A DNA stretch of 31,048 bases, taken from UHGV virus genome UHGV-0096129, one strand, 5' to 3'. The DNA is from a virus. The notes beneath the pieces are model-generated. The model saw only the letters and a list, made by a program, of their open reading frames with translations, was not told where the DNA came from and searched no databases. The position numbers and the translations under genes were made by a program. Shown here piece by piece: positions 17,666-26,901 of this stretch (position 1 is its first letter; every line of letters starts with the position of its first letter).

Positions 17666-18307
17666 ATGAACACTCTCGCAAATATTCAGGAACTCGCGCG
17701 CGCACTGCGCAACATGATTCGCACCGGCCTTGTCGTCGAAACCGACCTTAACGCCGGTCGCTGCCGTGTGCAGACCGGCGGCATGTGCACCGACTGGCTT
17801 CAGTGGCTGACCCATCGCGCCGGACGTTCGCGCACATGGTGGGCACCTTCCGTGGGGGAGCAGGTGCTGATTCTGGCCGTGGGCGGTGAACTTGACACGG
17901 CGTTTGTTCTGCCGGGGATTTATTCCGGCGATAACCCGGCGCCGTCTGCGTCGGCGGATGCCCTGTACATCCGTTTCCCTGACGGGGCGGTGATTGAGTA
18001 TGAACCCGAAACCAGTGCGCTCACGGCAAGCGGAATTAAAACGGCCAGCGTGACGGCTTCTGATTCTGTTACCGCCACGGTGCCGGTGGTCATGGTGAAA
18101 GCGTCAACCCGCATCACCCTGGACACACCGGAGGTGGTCTGCACCAACAAGCTGACTACCGGCACGCTGGAAGTGCAGAAGGGCGGGAAGATGCACGGCA
18201 ACATCGAGCATACCGACGGGAAATTCACTTCTAACGGCGTTCAGGTGGATGACCACGGTCACGGTGGTGTTAAGTCAGGAGACAACTGGACACAGGGGAC
18301 AAAATGA
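17666..18307 (+). CDS. V: baseplate central spike gpV
   Basis: 213 aa; synteny; ATGA-coupled to W. Confidence 0.85.
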   Translation: MNTLANIQELARALRNMIRTGLVVETDLNAGRCRVQTGGMCTDWLQWLTHRAGRSRTWWAPSVGEQVLILAVGGELDTAFVLPGIYSGDNPAPSASADALYIRFPDGAVIEYEPETSALTASGIKTASVTASDSVTATVPVVMVKASTRITLDTPEVVCTNKLTTGTLEVQKGGKMHGNIEHTDGKFTSNGVQVDDHGHGGVKSGDNWTQGTK

Positions 18308-18651
18308 CAGCGCGTTATCTCGGAATGAATCACAGTGATGGCCTGACTGTCACTGACCTTGAACATATCAGCCAGAGTATCGGCGATATCCTGCGCACAC
18401 CGGTCGGCTCACGGGTGATGCGTCGTGATTACGGCTCGTTGCTGGCATCAATGATTGACCAGCCGCAGACCCCGGCGCTTGAGTTGCAGATTAAGGTCGC
18501 CTGTTACATGGCGGTGCTGAAATGGGAACCCCGCGTCACCCTGTCATCCGTTACTACGGCGCGCAGCTTTGACGGGCGAATGACGGTCACGTTAACCGGC
18601 CAGCACAACGACACCGGCCAGCCACTTTCGTTAACCATCCCTGTGAGTTGA
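18304..18651 (+). CDS. W: baseplate wedge protein gpW
   Basis: 115 aa; synteny. Confidence 0.85.
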   Translation: MTARYLGMNHSDGLTVTDLEHISQSIGDILRTPVGSRVMRRDYGSLLASMIDQPQTPALELQIKVACYMAVLKWEPRVTLSSVTTARSFDGRMTVTLTGQHNDTGQPLSLTIPVS

Positions 18652-18655
18652 AACC

Positions 18656-19564
18656 ATGCCGATTATCGACCTGAACCAGCTACCCGCACCGGATGTGGTC
18701 GAGGAACTGGACTTTGAAACCATTCTTGCCGAACGCAAGGCGACACTGATTTCCCTTTACCCGGAAGACCAGCAGGAGGCGGTCGCCCGTACCCTGACGC
18801 TGGAATCCGAACCTCTCGTCAAACTGCTGGAGGAAAATGCTTATCGTGAGCTTATCTGGCGTCAGCGTGTGAATGAGGCCGCACGGGCGGTGATGCTGGC
18901 CAGTGCCGCCGGTAATGACCTTGATGTGATTGGTGCCAATTACAATACCACGCGCCTGATTATCACCCCGGCAGATGATTCGACCATCCCGCCGACACCG
19001 GCAGTAATGGAATCTGACACTGATTATCGTCTGCGTATTCAGCAGGCGTTTGAAGGTTTAAGCGTCGCCGGGTCGGTGGGTGCCTATCAGTATCATGGCC
19101 GCAGTGCCGACGGGCGTGTCGCGGATATCTCTGTCACCAGTCCGTCTCCGGCCTGTGTCACCATCTCTGTGCTGTCACGTGAAAATAACGGTGTCGCTTC
19201 CGAAGACCTGCTGGCGGTGGTGCGTAACGCCCTTAATGGCGAGGACGTCAGACCGGTGGCCGACCGCGTGACCGTGCAGTCTGCCGCCATCGTTGAATAC
19301 CAGATAAACGCCACGCTTTACCTTTACCCTGGTCCCGAAAGCGAACCAATTCGCGCTGCTGCAGTGAAAAAACTGGAAGCGTACATCACGGCACAGCACC
19401 GGCTGGGGCGCGACATCCGTCTGTCTGCCATTTATGCCGCTTTGCATGTGGAAGGCGTGCAGCGTGTCGAACTGGCTGCACCGCTGGCCGATATCGTGCT
19501 TAACAGCACGCAGGCGTCTTTCTGTACCGAATACCGCGTCGTGACCGGAGGCTCGGATGAGTGA
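18656..19564 (+). CDS. J: baseplate protein gpJ
   Basis: 302 aa; synteny. Confidence 0.85.
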   Translation: MPIIDLNQLPAPDVVEELDFETILAERKATLISLYPEDQQEAVARTLTLESEPLVKLLEENAYRELIWRQRVNEAARAVMLASAAGNDLDVIGANYNTTRLIITPADDSTIPPTPAVMESDTDYRLRIQQAFEGLSVAGSVGAYQYHGRSADGRVADISVTSPSPACVTISVLSRENNGVASEDLLAVVRNALNGEDVRPVADRVTVQSAAIVEYQINATLYLYPGPESEPIRAAAVKKLEAYITAQHRLGRDIRLSAIYAALHVEGVQRVELAAPLADIVLNSTQASFCTEYRVVTGGSDE

Positions 19565-20087
19565 TTCGCGACTGCTGCCGACCGGCTCATCACCGCTTGA
19601 AGTCGCCGCTGCAAAAGCCTGTGCGGAAATTGAAAAAACGCCGGTCAGTATTCGTGAGCTGTGGAACCCGGACACCTGTCCGGCAAATCTGCTGCCGTGG
19701 CTGGCGTGGGCGTTTTCGGTCGACAGGTGGGATGAAAAGTGGCCGGAAGCGACAAAACGCGCCGTTATCCGCGATGCGTATTTCATCCACTGTCATAAAG
19801 GCACTATAGGCGCAATCCGGCGTGTGGTGGAGCCGCTCGGCTATCTCATTAACGTAAAGGAATGGTGGGAGACAAACGACCCGCCCGGAACCTTTCGCCT
19901 TGATATCGGCGTGCTGGAAAGCGGTATCACAGAGGAAATGTATCTGGAAATGGAACGGCTGATTGCCGATGCCAAACCCGCAAGTCGCCACCTTATCGGT
20001 CTGAACATTATCCAGGACATTCCCGGCTATCTGTATACAGGCGGTGTGGTCTGTGATGGTGATGTTATTACTGTTTATCCCGGATAA
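19557..20087 (+). CDS. I: baseplate protein gpI
   Basis: 176 aa; synteny. Confidence 0.85.
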   Translation: MSDSRLLPTGSSPLEVAAAKACAEIEKTPVSIRELWNPDTCPANLLPWLAWAFSVDRWDEKWPEATKRAVIRDAYFIHCHKGTIGAIRRVVEPLGYLINVKEWWETNDPPGTFRLDIGVLESGITEEMYLEMERLIADAKPASRHLIGLNIIQDIPGYLYTGGVVCDGDVITVYPG

Positions 20088-20097
20088 GTGAGAAACA

Positions 20098-22833
20098 ATG
20101 AGCACGAAATTTAAAACCGTTATCACTACTGCCGGAGCCGCAAAGCTGGCAGCCGCCACTGTCCCCGGCGGGAAAAAAGTAAACCTGTCTGCAATGGCCG
20201 TGGGTGATGGTAATGGCAAATTGCCGGTGCCGGATGCCGGTCAGACGAAACTGGTGCATGAGGTCTGGCGTCACGCTCTGAATAAAGTCAGCGTGGATAA
20301 CAAGAATAAAAACTATATCGTGGCTGAACTGGTTGTACCGCCAGAAGTGGGCGGCTTCTGGATGCGTGAACTTGGTCTGTATGACGATGCCGGAACACTG
20401 ATTGCGGTATCCAACATGGCAGAAAGCTATAAGCCAGAACTGGCTGAAGGCTCCGGACGTGCGCAGACCTGCCGCATGGTTATTATTCTCAGCAACGTGG
20501 CGTCCGTTGAGCTGAGTATTGATGCCAGCACGGTGATGGCGACGCAGGATTACGTCGATGACAAAATCGCAGAGCATGAGCAGTCCCGCCGCCATCCTGA
20601 CGCCACGCTGACAGAAAAAGGTTTTACTCAGTTAAGCAGTGCAACAAACAGCACCAGTGAAAAGCTGGCGGCAACGCCAAAAGCGGTCAAGGCAGCAAAT
20701 GACAACGCAAATTCACGTCTGGCGAAAAATCAGAACGGTGCAGATATCCAGGATAAATCAGCTTTTCTGGACAATATTGGTGTTACCAGCCTGACGTTTA
20801 TGAAAAACAACGGCGAAATGCCAGTTGATGCTGATCTCAATACATTTGGTCCCGTTAAGGCTTATCTTGGCGTCTGGTCTAAAGCTACATCCACTAACGC
20901 GACGGCTGCTAAAAATTTCCCTGAAGACGGTGCAGTCGGTGTACTGGAGGTATTCAATGGCGGTAATTTTTCAGGAATGCAGCGTTATACCACCAGAACA
21001 GGCAATGTTTATATGCGCAACCTTTCTGGCACATGGAATGGTTCAGACGGTCCGTGGAGTTACTGGCGTCAGGTTCAGTCTGCAACACGCCCCCTGAGCA
21101 CAACCATTGACCTGAACACGCTCGGAGGCGCAGAGCATCTTGGTTTATGGCGAAACAGTAGTGGCTCAATCGCTTCATTTGACCGCAACTATCCGGAAGA
21201 AGGAAGTTATGGTCAGGGACTCCTTGAAGTTCTTGAAGGTGGTGGTTACTCGCGAACGCAGCGTTACACGACCCGCCGTGGAAATGTTTATGTTCGCTGT
21301 CTTTCGGCCTCGTGGGATGCAGAGAACCCACAGTGGGAGCCGTGGTCAAGAGTGGGCTACCAGTCAGAAAGCCGTTATTACGATGGTGATTTGAATGATG
21401 TAACCTCACCAGGTATTTACAGCGTTACAGGTAAAGCGACCAATGGTCCAATACTGGACGGAAACGGCGTGACAGTCCTCGGTATTCTGGAAGTGTTGAG
21501 GCGCTTTGATGGTGTTAACGTATGGCAGCGTTATACAACTGCCGGAACAGGTACAACCCTTAAAGGTCGCACGTTTGAGCGCGTTTTTACCGGCAGCTCA
21601 TGGAGCGAATGGCGGGAAGTTTACACATCTTATTCACTTCCCCTGAATCTGGGTATCGGTGGCGCAGTAGCAAAACTCACCAGCCTGGACTGGCAGACCT
21701 ACGATTTTGTGCCGGGCAGTCTGATAACCGTTCGGCTGGATAATATGACCAACATTCCCGACGGTATGGACTGGGGCGTCATTGATGGCAACCTGATAAA
21801 CATCGCAGTTGGTCCGAGTGATGATTCCGGTACGGGGCGCTCAATGCATGTATGGCGCAGCACTGTAAGTAAAGCCAACTACCGCTTTTTTATGGTGCGC
21901 ATTTCAGGAAATCCGGGAAGCCGCACGATCACAACAAGACGAGTACCAATCATTGACGAAGCCCAGACATGGGGCGCGAAACAGACATTCAGTGCTGGCC
22001 TTTCTGGTGAACTGTCCGGCAATGCGGCGACAGCAACAAAGCTGAAAACAGCCCGTAAAATTAATAACGTTTCGTTTGATGGAACATCAGATATTAACCT
22101 GACGCCGAAAAATATTGGTGCATTTGCTTCAGGAAAAACAGGAGACACTGTTGCGAATGATAAAGCCGTTGGATGGAACTGGAGTAGCGGAGCCTATAAC
22201 GCAACTATTGATGGGGCATCAACGTTAATTCTTCATTTTAATATCGGTGAAGGAAGTTGTCCCGCCGCCCAGTTTCGCGTTAATTATAAGAACGGTGGTA
22301 TTTTTTATCGTTCTGCTCGTGACGGTTACGGATTCGAGGCTGACTGGTCTGAGTTTTATACCACAACGCGAAAACCTACAGCGGGAGATGTCGGTGCACT
22401 GCCGTTATCTGGTGGTCAATTGAATGGTGCTCTGGGTATAGGAACATCCAGTGCTCTTGGCGGTAATTCGATTGTTTTGGGTGATAATGACACGGGCTTT
22501 AAACAAAATGGTGATGGTAATCTGGATGTTTATGCTAATAGCGTCCATGTTATGCGCTTTGTCTCCGGAAGCGTTCAAAGTAATAAAACCATAAATATTA
22601 CGGGGCGTGTTAATCCCTCGGATTACGGTAACTTTGATTCCCGCTATGTGAGAGATGTCAGACTTGGCACACGTGTTGTCCAGACCATGCAGAAAGGGGT
22701 GATGTATGAGAAAGCAGGGCACGTAATTACCGGGCTTGGTATTGTCGGTGAAGTCGATGGTGATGACCCCGCAGTATTCAGACCAATACAAAAATACATC
22801 AATGGCACATGGTATAACGTCGCACAGGTGTAA
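20098..22833 (+). CDS. H: tail fibre protein gpH (mosaic; extended receptor-binding region)
   Basis: 911 aa, versus ~669 aa recalled for P2 H. Conserved N-terminal shaft region, three tandem ~90-aa repeats and an AT-richer C-terminal part with G-rich tail-fibre-tip motifs. Confidence 0.85.
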   Translation: MSTKFKTVITTAGAAKLAAATVPGGKKVNLSAMAVGDGNGKLPVPDAGQTKLVHEVWRHALNKVSVDNKNKNYIVAELVVPPEVGGFWMRELGLYDDAGTLIAVSNMAESYKPELAEGSGRAQTCRMVIILSNVASVELSIDASTVMATQDYVDDKIAEHEQSRRHPDATLTEKGFTQLSSATNSTSEKLAATPKAVKAANDNANSRLAKNQNGADIQDKSAFLDNIGVTSLTFMKNNGEMPVDADLNTFGPVKAYLGVWSKATSTNATAAKNFPEDGAVGVLEVFNGGNFSGMQRYTTRTGNVYMRNLSGTWNGSDGPWSYWRQVQSATRPLSTTIDLNTLGGAEHLGLWRNSSGSIASFDRNYPEEGSYGQGLLEVLEGGGYSRTQRYTTRRGNVYVRCLSASWDAENPQWEPWSRVGYQSESRYYDGDLNDVTSPGIYSVTGKATNGPILDGNGVTVLGILEVLRRFDGVNVWQRYTTAGTGTTLKGRTFERVFTGSSWSEWREVYTSYSLPLNLGIGGAVAKLTSLDWQTYDFVPGSLITVRLDNMTNIPDGMDWGVIDGNLINIAVGPSDDSGTGRSMHVWRSTVSKANYRFFMVRISGNPGSRTITTRRVPIIDEAQTWGAKQTFSAGLSGELSGNAATATKLKTARKINNVSFDGTSDINLTPKNIGAFASGKTGDTVANDKAVGWNWSSGAYNATIDGASTLILHFNIGEGSCPAAQFRVNYKNGGIFYRSARDGYGFEADWSEFYTTTRKPTAGDVGALPLSGGQLNGALGIGTSSALGGNSIVLGDNDTGFKQNGDGNLDVYANSVHVMRFVSGSVQSNKTINITGRVNPSDYGNFDSRYVRDVRLGTRVVQTMQKGVMYEKAGHVITGLGIVGEVDGDDPAVFRPIQKYINGTWYNVAQV
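20825..21625 (+). repeat. three tandem ~90-aa protein-level repeats inside gpH
   Basis: Each copy carries LG.W ... G.LEV..G ... QRYTT ... GNVY.R ... W...W (for example QRYTTRTGNVYMRNLSGTWNG, QRYTTRRGNVYVRCLSASWDA, QRYTTAGTGTTLKGRTFERVF). Boundaries approximate. Confidence 0.5.
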
Positions 22834-22836
22834 TTT

Positions 22837-23364
22837 ATGCAGCATTTAAAAAATATTACTGCGGGTAATCCAAAAACTGTTGCCCAATATCAACTGACAA
22901 AAAATTTTGATGTTATCTGGTTATGGTCCGAAGAGGGAAAAAACTGGTATGAGGAAGTAAGTAATTTTCAGGAAGACACGATAAAGATTGTTTACGATGA
23001 GAATAATATAATTGTCGGCATCACCAGAGATGCTTCAACGCTCAACCCTGAAGGTTTTAGCGTTGTCGAGGTTCCTGATATTACCGCCAACCGACGTGCT
23101 GATGACTCAGGTAAATGGATGTTTAAGGATGGTGCCGTGATTAAGCGGATTTATACGGCAGACGAACAGCAACAACAGGCAGAATCACAAAAGGCCGCGT
23201 TACTTTCCGAAGCGGAAAGCGTTATTCAGCCACTGGAGCGCGCTGTCAGGCTGAACATGGCAACAGATGAGGAGCGTAGCCGACTGGAAGCATGGGAACG
23301 CTACAGTGTTCTGGTCAGCCGTGTGGATCCTGCAAATCCTGAATGGCCGGAAATGCCGCAATAA
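22837..23364 (+). CDS. G: tail fibre assembly chaperone gpG
   Basis: 175 aa directly downstream of H; AT-richer like the 3' part of H. Confidence 0.8.
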   Translation: MQHLKNITAGNPKTVAQYQLTKNFDVIWLWSEEGKNWYEEVSNFQEDTIKIVYDENNIIVGITRDASTLNPEGFSVVEVPDITANRRADDSGKWMFKDGAVIKRIYTADEQQQQAESQKAALLSEAESVIQPLERAVRLNMATDEERSRLEAWERYSVLVSRVDPANPEWPEMPQ

Positions 23365-23413
23365 GTTGTATGAGCTGACATATCTATAGCACAGAGTAAA
23401 GCCTAATCTGACA

Positions 23414-23437
23414 GTCCGCTCTGTGCAAGGAGCGGAC
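23414..23437. other. 8-bp stem hairpin (GTCCGCTC tgtgcaag GAGCGGAC) between convergent G and the reverse cargo gene
   Basis: Seen directly; no flanking T-run on either strand, so terminator function is uncertain. Confidence 0.2.
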
Positions 23438-23515
23438 ATTACCTAACACATTGGTAACCTTCACAGATTTACGCGTTCTACATAGTTAGCATTGTATCTG
23501 ATGAGTTATCATGTT

Positions 23516-24295
23516 TTAAAATATCCAACTGATAAATCCACCTGAATACTTTTCACTAATTTTGATTGCATAAAGATCATGAAGAGTTATAAATAAATCA
23601 TTATCTTCTTTGAAAATTAACTCCTCATATTCTGCCATTATCAAATTATGCTGTGTTGTTAGTTTAGATATGTTATCTATTTCACTGGCAAGCATGGATT
23701 TGTTTACATTGGTGTGTGGATCCATGGCAATATATTTCCGCATCAATGGAATTAGTTGATCAGGGTCTATATTTTTTGCATTTTCCTTTGCTTTTTTTTG
23801 TCTTTCTGAATAGATGGAGTTAATTGTGTCAGTGTGTTTTTTCGCCAGTCTCTTAAACTCTGGATATGAACCAGTAACTAATGCAAGCTCTTCGTACTTA
23901 AGGAATAAATCGATATTGCATTTTTTTACCGTCATTTCAAGATCTTCAACTCTTTTTTTTAACTCTTCATTTGTTTTAATAAGAGACATCGGGAGAACTT
24001 CATAATGTTGTCCTAATTCTGAATCAGGGCTCATTGCCATATGTACTATTTCATTATACATGAGCTGATAAGAAGCAGATAACTCTCCATACTTTAGAAA
24101 TAGTTCATTATGTGAAGATGAACAAGAACTTTGTAATTTCATCATTGGCCTAAAGTAATCCTTTATAAACTCCTCCTGAAGATCTTGGTCTTTTTTGTAG
24201 CTCTCTAGGATTCCAGCAAAAAGAAATGACCCTAAAGATATAGAGATTATGGATATTAGCAATTGACTAAGGAATGATTGTGTTTCATTACTCAT
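23516..24295 (-). CDS. hypothetical membrane-anchored protein at the Z/fun hotspot
   Basis: 259 aa with AAGGA 6 nt upstream of the ATG. N-terminal hydrophobic helix (FLSQLLISIISISLGSFLFAGIL) followed by a Lys/Glu-rich, helix-prone domain. Strongly AT-rich; reverse orientation between G and FI. Confidence 0.65.
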   Translation of the reverse strand: MSNETQSFLSQLLISIISISLGSFLFAGILESYKKDQDLQEEFIKDYFRPMMKLQSSCSSSHNELFLKYGELSASYQLMYNEIVHMAMSPDSELGQHYEVLPMSLIKTNEELKKRVEDLEMTVKKCNIDLFLKYEELALVTGSYPEFKRLAKKHTDTINSIYSERQKKAKENAKNIDPDQLIPLMRKYIAMDPHTNVNKSMLASEIDNISKLTTQHNLIMAEYEELIFKEDNDLFITLHDLYAIKISEKYSGGFISWIF

Positions 24296-24554
24296 AAAAC
24301 ATCCTTAAAAAATAACACGAAAAGTGACTCCTGACAGGGAAGAAACGACAGGTCGGAAACAAACTTAACTGATGAGTTAGCCGTAGTCCAGAACCTTGTT
24401 TGAACACTTAGTGTGACTGTTTGCATCTCAGGAATTTGTGCCAATAATATTTGAATCCTTATAATTTATTTAAATCAAATTTAGTTACTCGCTCAAAGCA
24501 GGCTGTCAGATTTGATAGCGTTTGGGCTATGTAAACTGTCAGTCGGAAAATGAG

Positions 24555-24572
24555 TGTGTACAAATCAGGACA
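24555..24572. promoter_or_regulatory. candidate Ogr-type late-promoter activator site (TGT-N12-ACA) upstream of FI
   Basis: TGTgtacaaatcaggACA found by scanning the FI upstream region, about 125-140 nt before the FI ATG; P2 late promoters carry a TGT-N12-ACA dyad around -55. Confidence 0.3.
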
Positions 24573-24695
24573 GGCGAGCTGATTGCCCGCCTTTTCTTTA
24601 TCTGTTGTTTCATCCACTGACCAGCCAGGTCAAATAGCGTCTCATGCACTGCCCAACAGAAAATAGTTGCACCCATTAACCACGGAGTTAAACGG

Positions 24696-25886
24696 ATGAG
24701 TGACTATCATCATGGCGTGCAGGTGCTGGAGATTAACGACGGCACCCGCGTCATTTCCACTGTATCCACGGCCATTGTCGGCATGGTCTGCACGGCCAGC
24801 GATGCGGATGCGGAAACCTTCCCCCTCAATAAACCGGTGCTGATTACCAATGTGCAGAGCGCAATTGCAAAGGCCGGTAAAAAAGGCACGCTGGCGGCAT
24901 CGTTGCAGGCCATCGCCGACCAGTCAAAACCGGTCACCGTTGTCGTGCGTGTGGAAGACGGCACCGGCGACGACGAGGAAACGAAACTCGCGCAGACCGT
25001 TTCCAATATCATCGGCACCACTGACGAAAACGGTCAGTACACCGGACTGAAAGCCCTGCTGGCGGCGGAGTCGGTAACCGGTGTTAAGCCGCGCATTCTC
25101 GGTGTGCCGGGACTGGACACCAAAGAGGTTGCCGTCGCACTGGCATCAGTCTGTCAGAAGCTGCGCGCTTTCGGGTATATCAGCGCATGGGGCTGTAAAA
25201 CCATTTCTGAGGTGAAAGCCTACCGCCAGAATTTCAGCCAGCGTGAACTGATGGTTATCTGGCCGGATTTCCTCGCATGGGATACGGTCACCAGTACCAC
25301 CGCCACCGCGTATGCCACCGCCCGTGCGCTGGGTCTGCGTGCAAAAATCGACCAGGAGCAGGGCTGGCATAAAACGCTGTCCAACGTCGGGGTAAACGGT
25401 GTTACCGGCATCAGTGCCTCTGTATTCTGGGATTTGCAGGAGTCCGGCACCGATGCTGACCTGTTGAACGAGTCAGGTGTCACAACGCTGATTCGCCGTG
25501 ACGGTTTCCGCTTCTGGGGTAACCGTACCTGCTCTGATGACCCGCTGTTCCTCTTTGAAAACTACACCCGCACCGCGCAGGTGCTGGCCGACACGATGGC
25601 TGAGGCGCACATGTGGGCGGTGGACAAGCCCATCACTGCAACGCTGATTCGCGACATCGTTGACGGCATCAATGCCAAATTCCGTGAGCTGAAAACAAAC
25701 GGCTATATCGTGGATGCGACCTGCTGGTTCAGCGAAGAATCCAACGATGCGGAAACCCTCAAGGCCGGAAAACTGTATATCGACTACGACTATACACCGG
25801 TGCCTCCTCTTGAAAACCTGACCCTGCGCCAGCGTATTACCGATAAATACCTGGCAAATCTGGTCACTTCGGTTAACAGCAATTAA
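24696..25886 (+). CDS. FI: contractile tail sheath protein gpFI
   Basis: 396 aa; synteny. Confidence 0.9.
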   Translation: MSDYHHGVQVLEINDGTRVISTVSTAIVGMVCTASDADAETFPLNKPVLITNVQSAIAKAGKKGTLAASLQAIADQSKPVTVVVRVEDGTGDDEETKLAQTVSNIIGTTDENGQYTGLKALLAAESVTGVKPRILGVPGLDTKEVAVALASVCQKLRAFGYISAWGCKTISEVKAYRQNFSQRELMVIWPDFLAWDTVTSTTATAYATARALGLRAKIDQEQGWHKTLSNVGVNGVTGISASVFWDLQESGTDADLLNESGVTTLIRRDGFRFWGNRTCSDDPLFLFENYTRTAQVLADTMAEAHMWAVDKPITATLIRDIVDGINAKFRELKTNGYIVDATCWFSEESNDAETLKAGKLYIDYDYTPVPPLENLTLRQRITDKYLANLVTSVNSN

Positions 25887-25898
25887 GGAGCCTGACCG

Positions 25899-26417
25899 AT
25901 GGCAATGCCGCGCAAACTCAAGTTAATGAACGTCTTTCTGAACGGCTACAGCTATCAGGGCGTTGCAAAGTCCGTCACGCTGCCAAAACTGACCCGTAAG
26001 CTCGAAAACTATCGCGGTGCGGGGATGAACGGCAGCGCACCGGTAGACCTCGGCCTTGATGACGATGCGCTGTCAATGGAGTGGTCGCTCGGGGGCTTCC
26101 CGGATTCGGTTATCTGGGAGCTTTACGCCGCAACCGGTGTGGATGCCGTGCCGATTCGTTTTGCAGGCTCTTACCAGCGCGACGATACCGGCGAAACGGT
26201 AGCCGTCGAGGTGGTCATGCGTGGACGTCAGAAAGAAATCGACACCGGCGAGGGTAAACAGGGAGAAGACACCGAGTCGAAAATCTCCGTGGTCTGCACC
26301 TATTTCCGGCTGACGATGGACGGTAAGGAGCTGGTCGAAATCGACACCATCAACATGATTGAGAAGGTGAACGGCGTCGACCGGCTGGAGCAACACCGCC
26401 GCAATATCGGCCTGTAA
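25899..26417 (+). CDS. FII: tail tube protein gpFII
   Basis: 172 aa; synteny. Confidence 0.9.
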   Translation: MAMPRKLKLMNVFLNGYSYQGVAKSVTLPKLTRKLENYRGAGMNGSAPVDLGLDDDALSMEWSLGGFPDSVIWELYAATGVDAVPIRFAGSYQRDDTGETVAVEVVMRGRQKEIDTGEGKQGEDTESKISVVCTYFRLTMDGKELVEIDTINMIEKVNGVDRLEQHRRNIGL

Positions 26418-26473
26418 TTGTCATCCGGTCAGCCTGGCTGACCGGTTAACCCCGATTCAGAAGTGAGAAAACC

Positions 26474-26749
26474 ATGAACAAAGAAAACGTCATTACCCTG
26501 GACAATCCGGTCAAACGTGGTGAGCAGGTTATCGAACAGGTCACGCTGATGAAACCTAACGCCGGGACGCTGCGCGGTGTCAGTCTGGCTGCGGTCGCGA
26601 ACTCCGAAGTCGATGCACTGATTAAGGTGCTGCCGCGCATGACTGCACCGATGCTGACCGAGCAGGAAGTCGCCGCACTGGAACTGCCTGACCTTGTGGC
26701 GCTGGCCGGTAAGGTGGTCGGTTTTTTGTCGCCGAACTCGGTGCAGTGA
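26474..26749 (+). CDS. E: tail assembly chaperone gpE
   Basis: 91 aa immediately upstream of the tape-measure gene. Confidence 0.85.
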   Translation: MNKENVITLDNPVKRGEQVIEQVTLMKPNAGTLRGVSLAAVANSEVDALIKVLPRMTAPMLTEQEVAALELPDLVALAGKVVGFLSPNSVQ

Positions 26750-26901
26750 CGTTTCCGAAAAATCTCTCGGTCGATGACCTGATGGCGGATGTGGCAGTGA
26801 TATTTCACTGGCCGCCATCAGAACTGTATCCCATGAGCCTGACCGAACTCATCACATGGCGCGAAAAGGCGCTCCGGCGAAGCGGAAACACGAATGAGTA
26901 A
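26474..26901 (+). CDS. gpE+E' fusion produced by programmed -1 ribosomal frameshift
   Basis: Slippery heptamer T_TTT_TTG at 26722..26728 in the E frame; the -1 frame is open to a TAA at 26899..26901, giving a 142-aa fusion, the length I recall for P2 E+E'. Confidence 0.7.

Noticed and set aside
19175-20595. Minus-strand ORFs 19175..19786, 19590..20219 and 20068..20595 overlapping J, I and H
   Set aside because: Antisense to a tightly packed, translationally coupled baseplate operon; treated as shadow ORFs.
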